A stretch of DNA of 64,000 nt from an uncultured Aquimarina sp. (GCA_947498785.1 CANMLS010000005.1:150951-214950), one strand, 5' to 3'. Positions 1 through 9,271 are shown, counted from the stretch's first letter. A program made the numbers and translations. Notes: generated from the letters alone by a model not told the origin.

Positions 1-1839
1 GAATTTTTTACAATAGGAGTGTACTGGAAAAACCCACATCATGCAGAATATTATATTAATGGAAAATTAGTTCGAACGATTAAAAAGAATGAACATAGTT
101 TTATTGATCCAGATGGAAATCTATCCAGTCATACTACAAGCTTTGATGCTTTTGATAAATATGGATATACAGGCGGTACAGGTTTAAGTAAACCCCAACA
201 TATTATTATTAATATGGAACAACAAGAGTGGCTAAGTGATCTTGATATTTTTCCGACCAGTGATGATTTGGATGATGCTAATGCTAGAAATACTTTTTTA
301 GTAGATTGGATTAGAGTTTATAATGCTGTTCCTGTTACAGGTTCAGTTCCTGTTTCCGATGTAACTATATCCCCGGCGAACATAAACTTGAATGCAGGAG
401 ATACCTTTGATCTTACAGCTACAATAATTCCTAGTAATGCAACTAATCAAATTTTAACATGGACTACAAGTAACTCTGCAATAGCAACCATTAATGGTTC
501 AGGTGTAGTAAAAGCTATTTCGCAAGGAACAGTAACTGCAGAAGTTACTACCTTTGATGGTAATTATGTAGCTGTAAGTACAGTTACTGTTACAGGTACA
601 GGTGGTGGAAACTCATCAGTTGATGTAGACGGAATTATTATTTCATCATCCAATGTTGAAGTAAATAAGGGAGAAACGTTAAAAATATCAGCTACTGTTA
701 CTCCTCCGGATGCTACCGTTAAAGCCGTTTTGTGGTCTTCAGATAATCCTAGTATTGCCACTGTGGATAATTTAGGAGTTATAACAGGTCAAGCTGTTGG
801 TTCGGCAACTATTACAGCTACTTCACTTAATGGAAATTTTAAAGCTACTAGTGTTGTAACGGTAAGTGACGATGGAGAAAATCCAATAGTCTTTACTACA
901 GGTGTAGACATTTCTCCAACCAATATTACATTAGATACAGAAGAGTCAATAATGCTTACAGCAACTGTTTCACCATCAAATGCTACTAATAAATCAGTAA
1001 CCTGGGAATCTAGTGACACTAATATAGCAACTGTAAATACTAGTGGTGTGGTTACTGCTCGTGCAGAAGGTACAGCTATAATTACTACTCAGACAGTAGA
1101 TGGGGAGTTTACAGCTACTGCTAATGTAACAGTAAATGGGTCTTCTACTCCTCCTGTAAATGTTATCATAATCGAAGCAGAGAGTTTTATTGCTACCAAT
1201 GGAACCTATAATGATGCTAGTGCTGGAGGATCAGGCCTTGGTGTAAATTCTACAGGAACCAATATCAATTATGTGAATAGTGGGGATTGGGCAGAATATA
1301 GCATTAATGTAACCAATCCAGGAGAATATAATATTGCTTACCAAATCTCCACACCATCTAATAACTCTCAAATTCAGTTATTGATAGATGGTGTAGTTGT
1401 AGCTACAGATAATGTTAGTAATAATGGACAATGGGATGATTATATCACACTTGTGTCTTCAAATACTATTACAAGCCTAACATCAGGAATTCATACGGTA
1501 AGAATTGTGGCTTCAGGATCTAATCCATGGCAATGGAATTTGGATAAAATTACATTGACAAAAATCAATGGAGGAAATAGATCTTTATCTAAGAATTTAC
1601 AGACTAATGATTTTGGACTCTATCCTAACCCATCAAACGGAGCAGTCTTTATTAAGGGACTTAATAATGAAATAGAGCATGAGGTACATATATATGATAT
1701 GAAAGGAGTCAAATATCTTGATCAAAAGTTAGATAAAAATCATATGATCAATATTGAGGGTCTACCAAAAGGAATTTATTTCTTGACTATTAATAACTCC
1801 AAAAGAAGTAACACAACTTTAAAACTTATTAAAAACTAA
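1..1839 (+). CDS. GH16-family galactanase (agarase/porphyranase-like), 5' end cut by the window; carries 3x Big_2, a CBM6-like module and a T9SS C-terminal sorting domain
   Basis: Frame 1 is open from nt 1, upstream of the GTG at nt 19 used by the ORF track. EFFTIGVYWKNPHHAEYYINGKLVR...VDWIRVYNAV looks like the last strands of a GH16 jelly roll. A CBM6-like block follows (IIIEAESFIATNGTYNDAS...WQWNLDKITLTK). The tail LYPNPSNGAVFIKG...KGIYFLTINN...LKLIKN is typical of Por/T9SS CTDs. Confidence 0.8.
   Translation, partial: EFFTIGVYWKNPHHAEYYINGKLVRTIKKNEHSFIDPDGNLSSHTTSFDAFDKYGYTGGTGLSKPQHIIINMEQQEWLSDLDIFPTSDDLDDANARNTFLVDWIRVYNAVPVTGSVPVSDVTISPANINLNAGDTFDLTATIIPSNATNQILTWTTSNSAIATINGSGVVKAISQGTVTAEVTTFDGNYVAVSTVTVTGTGGGNSSVDVDGIIISSSNVEVNKGETLKISATVTPPDATVKAVLWSSDNPSIATVDNLGVITGQAVGSATITATSLNGNFKATSVVTVSDDGENPIVFTTGVDISPTNITLDTEESIMLTATVSPSNATNKSVTWESSDTNIATVNTSGVVTARAEGTAIITTQTVDGEFTATANVTVNGSSTPPVNVIIIEAESFIATNGTYNDASAGGSGLGVNSTGTNINYVNSGDWAEYSINVTNPGEYNIAYQISTPSNNSQIQLLIDGVVVATDNVSNNGQWDDYITLVSSNTITSLTSGIHTVRIVASGSNPWQWNLDKITLTKINGGNRSLSKNLQTNDFGLYPNPSNGAVFIKGLNNEIEHEVHIYDMKGVKYLDQKLDKNHMINIEGLPKGIYFLTINNSKRSNTTLKLIKN
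349..1143 (+). repeat. Three tandem bacterial Ig-like (Big_2) domain repeats inside the GH16 gene
   Basis: Three ~83 aa units share the pattern V..ISP.N..L..G.T..LTATV.P.NATN..V.W.SS...IATV...GVV.A...G.A.IT....DG...A...VTV. Confidence 0.7.
1156..1839 (+). repeat. CBM6-like + T9SS-CTD cassette, copy 1 (paralogous to 3631-4311)
   Basis: Long runs of identical nucleotides with copy 2, e.g. aatatcaattatgtgaatagtggggattgg and ctccacaccatctaataa. The proteins are near-identical through ...NINYVNSGDW.EYSINVTNPGEYNIAYQISTPSNNSQIQLLIDG. Confidence 0.85.
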
Positions 1840-1860
1840 TAAGAATGGCTTATTAAATGA

Positions 1861-1929
1861 GAAGTGATTTGGACTTTTTTGATTCTGCAAAAACGTTTTG
1901 TAGCGAATTGAAAAAGTTTAAATCACTTC
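1861..1929 (+). repeat. 19-bp-stem inverted repeat 22 nt after the stop codon; candidate transcript-end hairpin
   Basis: GAAGTGATTTGGACTTTTT (1861-1879) pairs with AAAAAGTTTAAATCACTTC (1911-1929). There are 17 Watson-Crick pairs plus 2 G-U pairs that work only in plus-strand RNA. An inner CAAAA/TTTTG stem sits in the spacer. A T6 run lies at 1938-1943, 8 nt from the stem, so this is not a canonical intrinsic terminator. Confidence 0.4.
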
Positions 1930-2268
1930 CATATATCTTTTTTGTAAAAAAACTCAAATAAAAACGGTAATCTTGTATTTAGATAAAAGTAAAATTGCGG
2001 CACAGTCTATGCTACATCTTCTTTTTGATTTTGAAGTATAATGAGAAAAGAGCAAATTTTAATTGGGTGATTTTAGATCAGAAAAGGTATCAACTAAACT
2101 TAAAAAAACGGTACTATGCATGCTATTAAATTTTTTTTAATGATTTTTTGTTTACTCATATTTCTGATCTCTTTAAAAGGATTATGATCAAACAATTCTT
2201 CAAACCAAAAAAAACCACGTAAATGGCATAGCAGGTATTTCAAAAGTTAATAACACAAATTTTTTTTT

Positions 2269-4311
2269 ATGAAAACACAAACTCTATTTATTGCATTTTG
2301 CATGATTGTTTTACAACTACAATCGCAAGATTGGAACGGTATTTCTGTTCCAGCAAACCCAGGTCAAGGTAAAACATGGGAACTTCAAGAAGGGCCTTCA
2401 GATAGTTTTAATTATACATTTAATGAAACTAATCGACGTTCAAATTTTGGAAATAATAAATGGTATAACTTCTATCATAATGGATGGAATGGTCCAGGTA
2501 CTACATATTGGCAATACAATCATGTTTCTGTTAATGGAAGTGATTTAGTTCTAAGAGCCTCTAGAAACCCTAGCACTGCAAAATTGGGAGTACCAGGAGT
2601 CAATGCAGGATGTATAACATCAAATACTCGAGTAAAATTTCCAGTTTTTGTAGAAGCAAATGTTAGTGTTGCAGATATTGTATTAGCATCAGATGTTTGG
2701 TTGCTAAGTCCTGATGACACACAAGAAATTGATATTATTGAATGTTATGGAGGTGATGAACAAGGAAATGCGTTTTTTTCTGAATTTATTCATTTGAGTC
2801 ACCACTCCTTTATTCGTAATCCATTTACAGATTACCAACCAAGAGATCTCAATAGTTGGTGGAGTAGATCAGATGTAAATAATTGGGGAGAATGGTCATG
2901 GAATAATGGTGATAGAAGATATGTACGTATCGGGGTAAATTGGATTAGTCCTTTTCATTTTGAGTATTATGTAGATGGTGAATTAGTAAGAGTTTTATAT
3001 GATAAAGCATTTGCAACAAAAAGAAATGGAACCTGGTTTTATACCTATCCAACGATGACTAATGGAACTCTTGATAGTGGTAGTGATGGATTTCAGTTAG
3101 CGGTGCAATATGCGACAGGTAGTAGTTATTCATTTCAAACTTTACAAGCAGCAAGTAATACTTCTTCTGTAAGTGTTATTGACCCTTTTAATTATCAAGG
3201 AGGGAATGGATTTACCAAAGAAATGGATATTATCATTAATGTAGAATCTCAAGATTGGCATGTATTAGCAGGTCGTACTCCAACCGATGCTCAATTAAAT
3301 GATCCTGCAAGAAACACTATGAAAGTGGATTGGTTAAGAGTGTATAAACCTATATCATCTAACAATACTGTTCCTGTAACTGGGGTAACCGTAACACCAG
3401 ATAATTTATCTTTAGTTGTGAATGAAACTGGAAACTTAACAGGTGCTGTAATTCCAGCTAATGCTTCCATAAAAACAATGACTTTTACTTCCAGTAATAC
3501 TTCAGTAGTGACTGTAGATCAAAGTGGAGTTTTAACTGCTGTTGGAAACGGTACTGCAACAATTACTTTAAAAACTACTGATGGTGGATTTACGACTACA
3601 GCTACTGTAACTGTAACGAGCAATCCTACTATAAACGATATTGTTATAGAAGCAGAGGATTTTATTGCTACAAATGGAAACTATAATGACGCCAGTGCAG
3701 GAGGACCTGGTCTTGGTGTAAATTCTACAGAAACCAATATCAATTATGTGAATAGTGGGGATTGGACAGAATATAGTATTAACGTAACTAATCCAGGAGA
3801 ATATAATATCGCTTACCAGATCTCCACACCATCTAATAATTCTCAAATTCAGTTATTGATAGATGGTACAGTCGTAGCTACAGATAATGTTAGTAATAAT
3901 GGCCAGTGGGACAATTATATTGAACTTGTATCTTCAAATACTATAACCAACCTAACATCGGGAGTTCATACAGTAAGAATTGTAGCATCAGGAACTAATC
4001 AATGGCAATGGAATTTGGATAAAATCAAATTAACCAAAATAGATAATAATAGAACACTAAGCAAAAATAAAGTCTTAGAGGGTCTTAATCTTTTCCCGAA
4101 CCCATCTAAAAAAGTAGTATTTATTCGCGGACTAAATAAAGAAATCGAATATAATATACATATATATGATATAAAAGGAACGAAACATTTTGAAGGGAAA
4201 TTAGATAATGATCATACAATCAACATAGAAAGTTTGCCAAAAGGAGCTTATTTTATTACAGTTGATAATTCAAAAAGAAGTAAAACAACTTTAAAACTAA
4301 TCAAAAACTAA
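2269..4311 (+). CDS. Secreted GH16 glycoside hydrolase, beta-agarase-like, with Big_2, a CBM6-like module and a T9SS C-terminal sorting domain
   Basis: Signal peptide MKTQTLFIAFCMIVLQLQSQ. GH16 catalytic ExDxxE motif within VWLLSPDDTQEIDIIECYGG. HLSHHSFIRNPFTDYQP and VDWLRVYKP resemble beta-agarases as I recall them. One Big_2 repeat is present. The tail is LFPNPSKKVVFIRG...GAYFITVDN...LKLIKN. Confidence 0.85.
   Translation: MKTQTLFIAFCMIVLQLQSQDWNGISVPANPGQGKTWELQEGPSDSFNYTFNETNRRSNFGNNKWYNFYHNGWNGPGTTYWQYNHVSVNGSDLVLRASRNPSTAKLGVPGVNAGCITSNTRVKFPVFVEANVSVADIVLASDVWLLSPDDTQEIDIIECYGGDEQGNAFFSEFIHLSHHSFIRNPFTDYQPRDLNSWWSRSDVNNWGEWSWNNGDRRYVRIGVNWISPFHFEYYVDGELVRVLYDKAFATKRNGTWFYTYPTMTNGTLDSGSDGFQLAVQYATGSSYSFQTLQAASNTSSVSVIDPFNYQGGNGFTKEMDIIINVESQDWHVLAGRTPTDAQLNDPARNTMKVDWLRVYKPISSNNTVPVTGVTVTPDNLSLVVNETGNLTGAVIPANASIKTMTFTSSNTSVVTVDQSGVLTAVGNGTATITLKTTDGGFTTTATVTVTSNPTINDIVIEAEDFIATNGNYNDASAGGPGLGVNSTETNINYVNSGDWTEYSINVTNPGEYNIAYQISTPSNNSQIQLLIDGTVVATDNVSNNGQWDNYIELVSSNTITNLTSGVHTVRIVASGTNQWQWNLDKIKLTKIDNNRTLSKNKVLEGLNLFPNPSKKVVFIRGLNKEIEYNIHIYDIKGTKHFEGKLDNDHTINIESLPKGAYFITVDNSKRSKTTLKLIKN
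2725..2742 (+). other. GH16 catalytic motif E-I-D-I-I-E (nucleophile/Asp/acid-base)
   Basis: Codons gaa att gat att att gaa are in frame with the 2269 start (E153, D155, E158). Confidence 0.8.
3631..4311 (+). repeat. CBM6-like + T9SS-CTD cassette, copy 2 (paralogous to 1156-1839)
   Basis: See copy 1. By eye the two copies differ mainly at third-codon positions. Confidence 0.85.
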
Positions 4312-4329
4312 AATGAATTAACGATTAGT

Positions 4330-4488
4330 TTTTAATACCCATTATTATAGTATTTTAAAGTTTTTTATTTAGAAAATATAAGTTTATTTGCTATTTATTT
4401 ACTATGTTTCGCCTCAATGAAATTGTAAATAGTGAATTTTTTAATTCTGATATAAAATATAAGAATAATGTAATAATGGGTATTAAAA
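4330..4488. repeat. Perfect 18-bp inverted repeat pair flanking a 123-nt AT-rich spacer, upstream of the kinase/aldolase operon
   Basis: TTTTAATACCCATTATTA (4330-4347) is the exact reverse complement of TAATAATGGGTATTAAAA (4471-4488). Confidence 0.8.
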
Positions 4489-4589
4489 TTTAATAAAAGT
4501 TTAAAATACCTTTTGTTAAAGAAATAAATTGAATACGAGAATCTTTATTTTAGGGAAAATAAAAAAGGACTTTTAAAGTATTAAGAATA

Positions 4590-5594
4590 ATGAAAAAAAT
4601 TATAACTTTTGGTGAAATTGTAATGCGAATTTCACCTCAGGGAAGTAAAAAATTAACTCAATCCAATCAATTGGAATATTATTTTGGAGGAACAGAAGTT
4701 AATGTTGCGATATCATTAGCTCAATTAGGAAATCATGTAAAACATGTTTCTGTAGCTCCAGAAGATTTTGTGGGTAAAGCAGCCAAAAGTTTTTTAAACC
4801 AATATGGAGTGGATACAAGTATGGTTAAAACTTCTGCTCACCCATTAGGGTTATATTTTTTAGAAGTAGGAGCTGTTATGAGATCTAGTACAATTTCTTA
4901 TAATAGATCTAATTCTGCATTTGCAAAAATAGATGCAGATATAATAGATTGGGATGTAGCATTAGATGGGGTTGATTGGTTTCATTGGACAGGAATTACT
5001 CCTGCATTGTCAGAAGGAGCTTACCAAGGATTGAAAAGAGCATTACACGTGGCAAAGGATAAAAATATTTCTGTTTCAGCAGATCCTGCATATAGAAAAG
5101 ATTTATGGAAATATGGCGGTAACCCTAAAGAAATATTGGGAGAATTGGCAGGTTTATCAGATGTTTTTATAGGAGGTCCAAATGAAATAAATGAATTATT
5201 AGGCACTAGTTTTGAAAATAGTACTGACGGATTTGTCGAAAGTTGTAAACATCTTTTGTCTACTTTTCCATACATAAAAAAAGTTTTTGATAAGACAAGA
5301 GTTTCTGTTAATGCTAATTGGCATAAAATTAAATCTCGTATGTGGAACGAGAAAGGTTTTTATGAAACAGAAGAATTAGAGATTACTCATATAATCGATA
5401 GAATTGGAACAGGAGATGCATTTGCTGCTGGTTTGATTCACGGGTTAATATATTATGAAGATCAAAAAGCGCTAAGATTTGCAAATGCTGCTTGCGCATT
5501 AAAACATACAATAGAAGGCGATGCTAATTTGGTTACAGAAGATGAAATTCAATTAGTTGTCGATGGTAGTCTAACAGGAAGAATAAAAAGATAA
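4590..5594 (+). CDS. kdgK: PfkB-family 2-dehydro-3-deoxygluconate (or -galactonate) kinase
   Basis: N-terminus KKIITFGEIVMRISP and the C-terminal PfkB signature DRIGTGDAFAAGLIHGL. The stop lies 1 nt before the aldolase start, so the two genes form an operon. Confidence 0.8.
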   Translation: MKKIITFGEIVMRISPQGSKKLTQSNQLEYYFGGTEVNVAISLAQLGNHVKHVSVAPEDFVGKAAKSFLNQYGVDTSMVKTSAHPLGLYFLEVGAVMRSSTISYNRSNSAFAKIDADIIDWDVALDGVDWFHWTGITPALSEGAYQGLKRALHVAKDKNISVSADPAYRKDLWKYGGNPKEILGELAGLSDVFIGGPNEINELLGTSFENSTDGFVESCKHLLSTFPYIKKVFDKTRVSVNANWHKIKSRMWNEKGFYETEELEITHIIDRIGTGDAFAAGLIHGLIYYEDQKALRFANAACALKHTIEGDANLVTEDEIQLVVDGSLTGRIKR

Positions 5595-5595
5595 C

Positions 5596-6264
5596 ATGTC
5601 ACAATACACTAGAATAGAAACAGTACAGGTAATGGGAAACACTAAGATTGTTCCCTTATTTTATCATAAAGATATCTCAATCATAAAAAAAGTTATTAAA
5701 GCGTGCTATGATGGAGGTGCAAGAATATTCGAATTCACTAATCGAGGAGATCATGCTCATGAAACTTTTTCTGAATTGGTTAAATGGGTTGGTAAAGAAC
5801 TTCCAGGAATGATATTAGGTATTGGTTCTATAGTGGAGGCAGGAACGGCTTCTCTTTTTATTCAGAATGGAGCTAATTTTATAGTATCACCAATCCTAAA
5901 CCCTGATATGGCAAAAGTATGTAATCGAAGAAAGATTCCTTGGATTCCAGGATGTGGAACTCTTTCAGAGATTAATTATGCTGAAGAATTAGGGGCTGAA
6001 GTCGTGAAAATTTTTCCAGCTAGTCAGATTGGAGGCCCAAGTTTTATAAAAGGAGTTAAAGCTCCTTGTCCTTGGACAAATATAATGGCTAGTGGTGGAG
6101 TTACTACAGAAGAAAGTAATATTAGACAATGGTTTGATGCAGGCGCATATTGTGTAGGGATAGGATCTAATTTAATGATCAAGGATGAAAATGGAAATTT
6201 TGATTATCCAAAAATTTCCAAATTGACAGAAAGGTCTATTCTAGTAGCTAATAAAAACCAGTAA
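5596..6264 (+). CDS. eda: KDPG/KHG-type (or KDPGal-type) class I aldolase
   Basis: ~220 aa TIM-barrel aldolase pattern: GARIFEFTNRG, IPWIPGCGTLSEI, a Schiff-base lysine context VVKIFPA, and GGV...N...W. Confidence 0.8.
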   Translation: MSQYTRIETVQVMGNTKIVPLFYHKDISIIKKVIKACYDGGARIFEFTNRGDHAHETFSELVKWVGKELPGMILGIGSIVEAGTASLFIQNGANFIVSPILNPDMAKVCNRRKIPWIPGCGTLSEINYAEELGAEVVKIFPASQIGGPSFIKGVKAPCPWTNIMASGGVTTEESNIRQWFDAGAYCVGIGSNLMIKDENGNFDYPKISKLTERSILVANKNQ

Positions 6265-6518
6265 TATCATTTCAAATATCGTTGTATCTAATAATGATTA
6301 GGTGTAAAGATAATATACTCGAATTTTTGAGATATTATTTTGGATCAAATAGTATCCAAAGTAAAACTTGATTGTTCGAGTTTATTTTTGATTTTTCTTT
6401 CTTTAATAAATGAATAATCTTTTTTCGGTTTTATATTCATAATGATTTGATCAAAATAACATTTTAGAACTGTTATTATTTCTTATTTGTTTCTGAAAAA
6501 GGTTTGATAAACAACTGA

Positions 6519-6731
6519 TTATAAAATCATTAGTTTGTCTTGGCTTATAAATTCATTAAGAGTTGTGGAGTCGAGTAGTTTTTCATAGAAATCTATTGGC
6601 TTTGTTCGAAGTGATAGAAGAAAAATTGTATTGCAATGACGTTTTACTTGAAAGTTCACTTGTTTCTTTATAGTCTTTGGTAGAAAACTTTTCTTCAGCA
6701 TACTTACATTGGCCTGGGGTATTTTGTTCAT
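6519..6731 (-). CDS. Small basic hypothetical protein (70 aa), ATGA-overlapped with the upstream hydrolase-like gene
   Basis: On the minus strand its ATG (6731-6729) overlaps the TGA (6730-6728) of the 811 aa gene, a translational-coupling geometry. No recognisable motif. Confidence 0.3.
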   Translation of the reverse strand: MNKIPQANVSMLKKSFLPKTIKKQVNFQVKRHCNTIFLLSLRTKPIDFYEKLLDSTTLNEFISQDKLMIL

Positions 6732-9163
6732 GATTTAGGTTGAACCAGCTTGGTATAACCGATCAATACATGTCCATTTCTAGTTTTTCCCAATAATTTT
6801 CCAACAAAATTATCATCATTAATACCATTTCCACTTCCATCGAACTCAATAATTAAATTTTCTCCTGAGTTCTTTGCTTCTATTGCTTTGCTTCCACGAC
6901 CAAAATTGACTTCCTCTGATGCACCAAATCTTAAACTCTTCAAATCGATTTCTTTTTGAGGATTAAAGTCTTTTTCGGCTAATATCAATATTTTAATGTT
7001 CTTTGTTGAACTGTTAATTGGGTTTTTATTCAATATTTTAATTCGTTTTTGTACCGTAAGTGGTATTATGATATTTTTAGAGTTGTGAATATCGTTACCA
7101 TTATCATTTACTTTGGGTACATCAAGAACGGCAACTGATAGATGAGTAGCTCTTCCGTATTTATCTTGTAATATATGAGGACGTTCTAATTTATGCCAAC
7201 GTGTCTGTGTCCCATTTTTATAAACTGTAAAGTCGGGTGAATATGCCAATCCAGGGTCATATTTCCAATGAATACCGTCTTTAGATCGTAAATAAATTGC
7301 ACGATAGTCAAGAAAAGCATTGATTATTAAATGAAATTGTACATCATCACGCCATAGTACAGGATCTTCATAGTTAGATTTCCGATAACGCTCAGGTATT
7401 GTTTGATTATGGTTAATTGTAGGAGTTATTATTTTATAAGGTCCTAATAATCCATTTTCACTGAGCATCATACATCCAAACTTTGAAACTATTAAAATTC
7501 GTCCGTCATCGAGTTGAACACCTGACAAGTTTCGAGTATATTGATAAGTTCGATCATCATTAGGGTCAACAGACTCCATATCTATGGTTAGTATTCCTTC
7601 TTTTGTCCAAGGTCCATTCATAGAGGTTGAAGTAAAAATTGTAGGTTCCCAATCTACGAGAGAATACAAGGCGTAAGTTCCATCATTTAGTAATATAATA
7701 TCTGGGTTATGACCAAGACCATCTTTATATGAGTAAGCTATATCTTTTTCGACAATATATGGTCCTGTTGGCTTTTTTGCTACAGTATGGGCAACTGTAG
7801 AATTTGGCCATTCCCAATGACCTTTGAGGCCTGATTCGGGCCAGCGAGCTACAATCATATGATATCTATTATCTTTACCTTTAACTGGACGTCCTCCCCA
7901 ATACGACCAATCAGGATGTTCAATTCCATTATCAGGATCTCGGGGTACGACATTTATACCACCCCACAAATTGGATTGAAGTTTTTTGTTTATAGGAATA
8001 GGTAGGATTAGATCACTGAATGATGCTCCTAAAACTGTTTTTACTTTTGCTTCAACTATTTCTGAAGCAATGCTACGATTCCCACTATAATCATGGGCAT
8101 AAACAATGTATGTGCTTTTAACTTCTTTAGGGGCTAGAACATCTTCAAACCAGTTTTTTTCAATATTACTGCAAATCTCTTTAAAATTATTTCCGGTAGA
8201 ATCTCCTCGATAAATAGAGTAACCAGAAACATCGATTTCTTCACTTTTTAACCAGCTTATTCTAATTTCAGTATCAAGTTCTTCGGCCTTAACACCAATT
8301 GGAGCTACTGGCGCAAGAATATCTTTTTTTCTAAATGATATTTTGTTTGATGTACGTGATTGTTCGTTTTTATTTTGGGTTAGTAAATAGTTATACTTAA
8401 TCCCGTTTATAATTGTTGTATCCAGAAATGATTTATTTCTAGTTTGACCAATTATGTTATACTTTTTTTCTTTTTTCTTTTTACGATAAATGTAATATTT
8501 ACTGTCTTCATTCAAATCGGTATCATGCCATTTTAATAAAAATCCGTTAGTGAGCACTTCTGCATCAAGACTAATCCCTTTTTTTTCTTTATTTAACACA
8601 CTTATATTAACATAGTGGAGATATACTTTTACATCTTTTTCAGAATAAAACCTAGCTCTAACATATGGTAATCCAGAATAAGTATCTTCATCTTTAATCG
8701 TATAAGTTCCTTCAAAATGTTCTATTGTTTTATCTGAACCAATAAGTTTTACTTTTTCAGCTAGAACTCTTTCATGTTTTCCAAAAACCAGACTTAAGGA
8801 AAAGGTACCGTTACAATTATATTCCAGATCTGCACCAAAACTCCATTTCAAAATATCTCCTACTTTAGGTTCTTGATATTCTGGGTTCGAATTGAGAATC
8901 TTTGATTCTGCAATGCCTTGCTCATTACTACTAAAAAGTGATCCATAATGGAGTCCCATCGGTTTGTTTCCGGCTATTATTTTGGTTTTCCAAAAGGGTG
9001 ACTGGCTGGCATTTCGCCAATAATCCCATACCATACTAAAATCACCATCATTTACATTAGCATATGGAGCATTTTCACCAAGTAGAATAATTTGTGCATT
9101 TAATTGTGTAAAAGTTAATATCAAAATTAGGATTATGAATCCATTTTTTTTATCTATATACAT
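6728..9163 (-). CDS. Secreted multidomain protein: N-terminal beta-sandwich region, two FN3-like repeats, and a C-terminal beta-propeller-like glycoside hydrolase domain (family not resolved)
   Basis: Signal peptide ...LILTFTQLNAQ. FN3-like segments (IRISWLKSEEIDVSGYSIYRGDS...YIVYAHDYSGNRS). The block WGGRPVKGKDNRYHMIVARW...GHWEWPNSTVAHTVAKKPTGPY...DPVLWRDD resembles GH43/GH117-clan propellers. The family call is weak. Confidence 0.55.
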   Translation of the reverse strand: MYIDKKNGFIILILILTFTQLNAQIILLGENAPYANVNDGDFSMVWDYWRNASQSPFWKTKIIAGNKPMGLHYGSLFSSNEQGIAESKILNSNPEYQEPKVGDILKWSFGADLEYNCNGTFSLSLVFGKHERVLAEKVKLIGSDKTIEHFEGTYTIKDEDTYSGLPYVRARFYSEKDVKVYLHYVNISVLNKEKKGISLDAEVLTNGFLLKWHDTDLNEDSKYYIYRKKKKEKKYNIIGQTRNKSFLDTTIINGIKYNYLLTQNKNEQSRTSNKISFRKKDILAPVAPIGVKAEELDTEIRISWLKSEEIDVSGYSIYRGDSTGNNFKEICSNIEKNWFEDVLAPKEVKSTYIVYAHDYSGNRSIASEIVEAKVKTVLGASFSDLILPIPINKKLQSNLWGGINVVPRDPDNGIEHPDWSYWGGRPVKGKDNRYHMIVARWPESGLKGHWEWPNSTVAHTVAKKPTGPYIVEKDIAYSYKDGLGHNPDIILLNDGTYALYSLVDWEPTIFTSTSMNGPWTKEGILTIDMESVDPNDDRTYQYTRNLSGVQLDDGRILIVSKFGCMMLSENGLLGPYKIITPTINHNQTIPERYRKSNYEDPVLWRDDVQFHLIINAFLDYRAIYLRSKDGIHWKYDPGLAYSPDFTVYKNGTQTRWHKLERPHILQDKYGRATHLSVAVLDVPKVNDNGNDIHNSKNIIIPLTVQKRIKILNKNPINSSTKNIKILILAEKDFNPQKEIDLKSLRFGASEEVNFGRGSKAIEAKNSGENLIIEFDGSGNGINDDNFVGKLLGKTRNGHVLIGYTKLVQPKS

Positions 9164-9271
9164 TTAATTGTTTTTTTATTATAATTATTCCATCAGTTAA
9201 ATGAACACCAATAATTGGTATAAGCGCTCATTTTAATGTCATTTATAGCTTTTTATGTATATTTTGTTTGA

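Noticed and set aside
564-5275. Overlapping or antisense ORFs within the GH16 and kinase genes (564-761, 789-1019, 2306-2548, 2520-2720, 3568-3846, 5021-5275)
   Set aside because: They are embedded in genes with strong domain evidence on the other frame or strand. No independent support.
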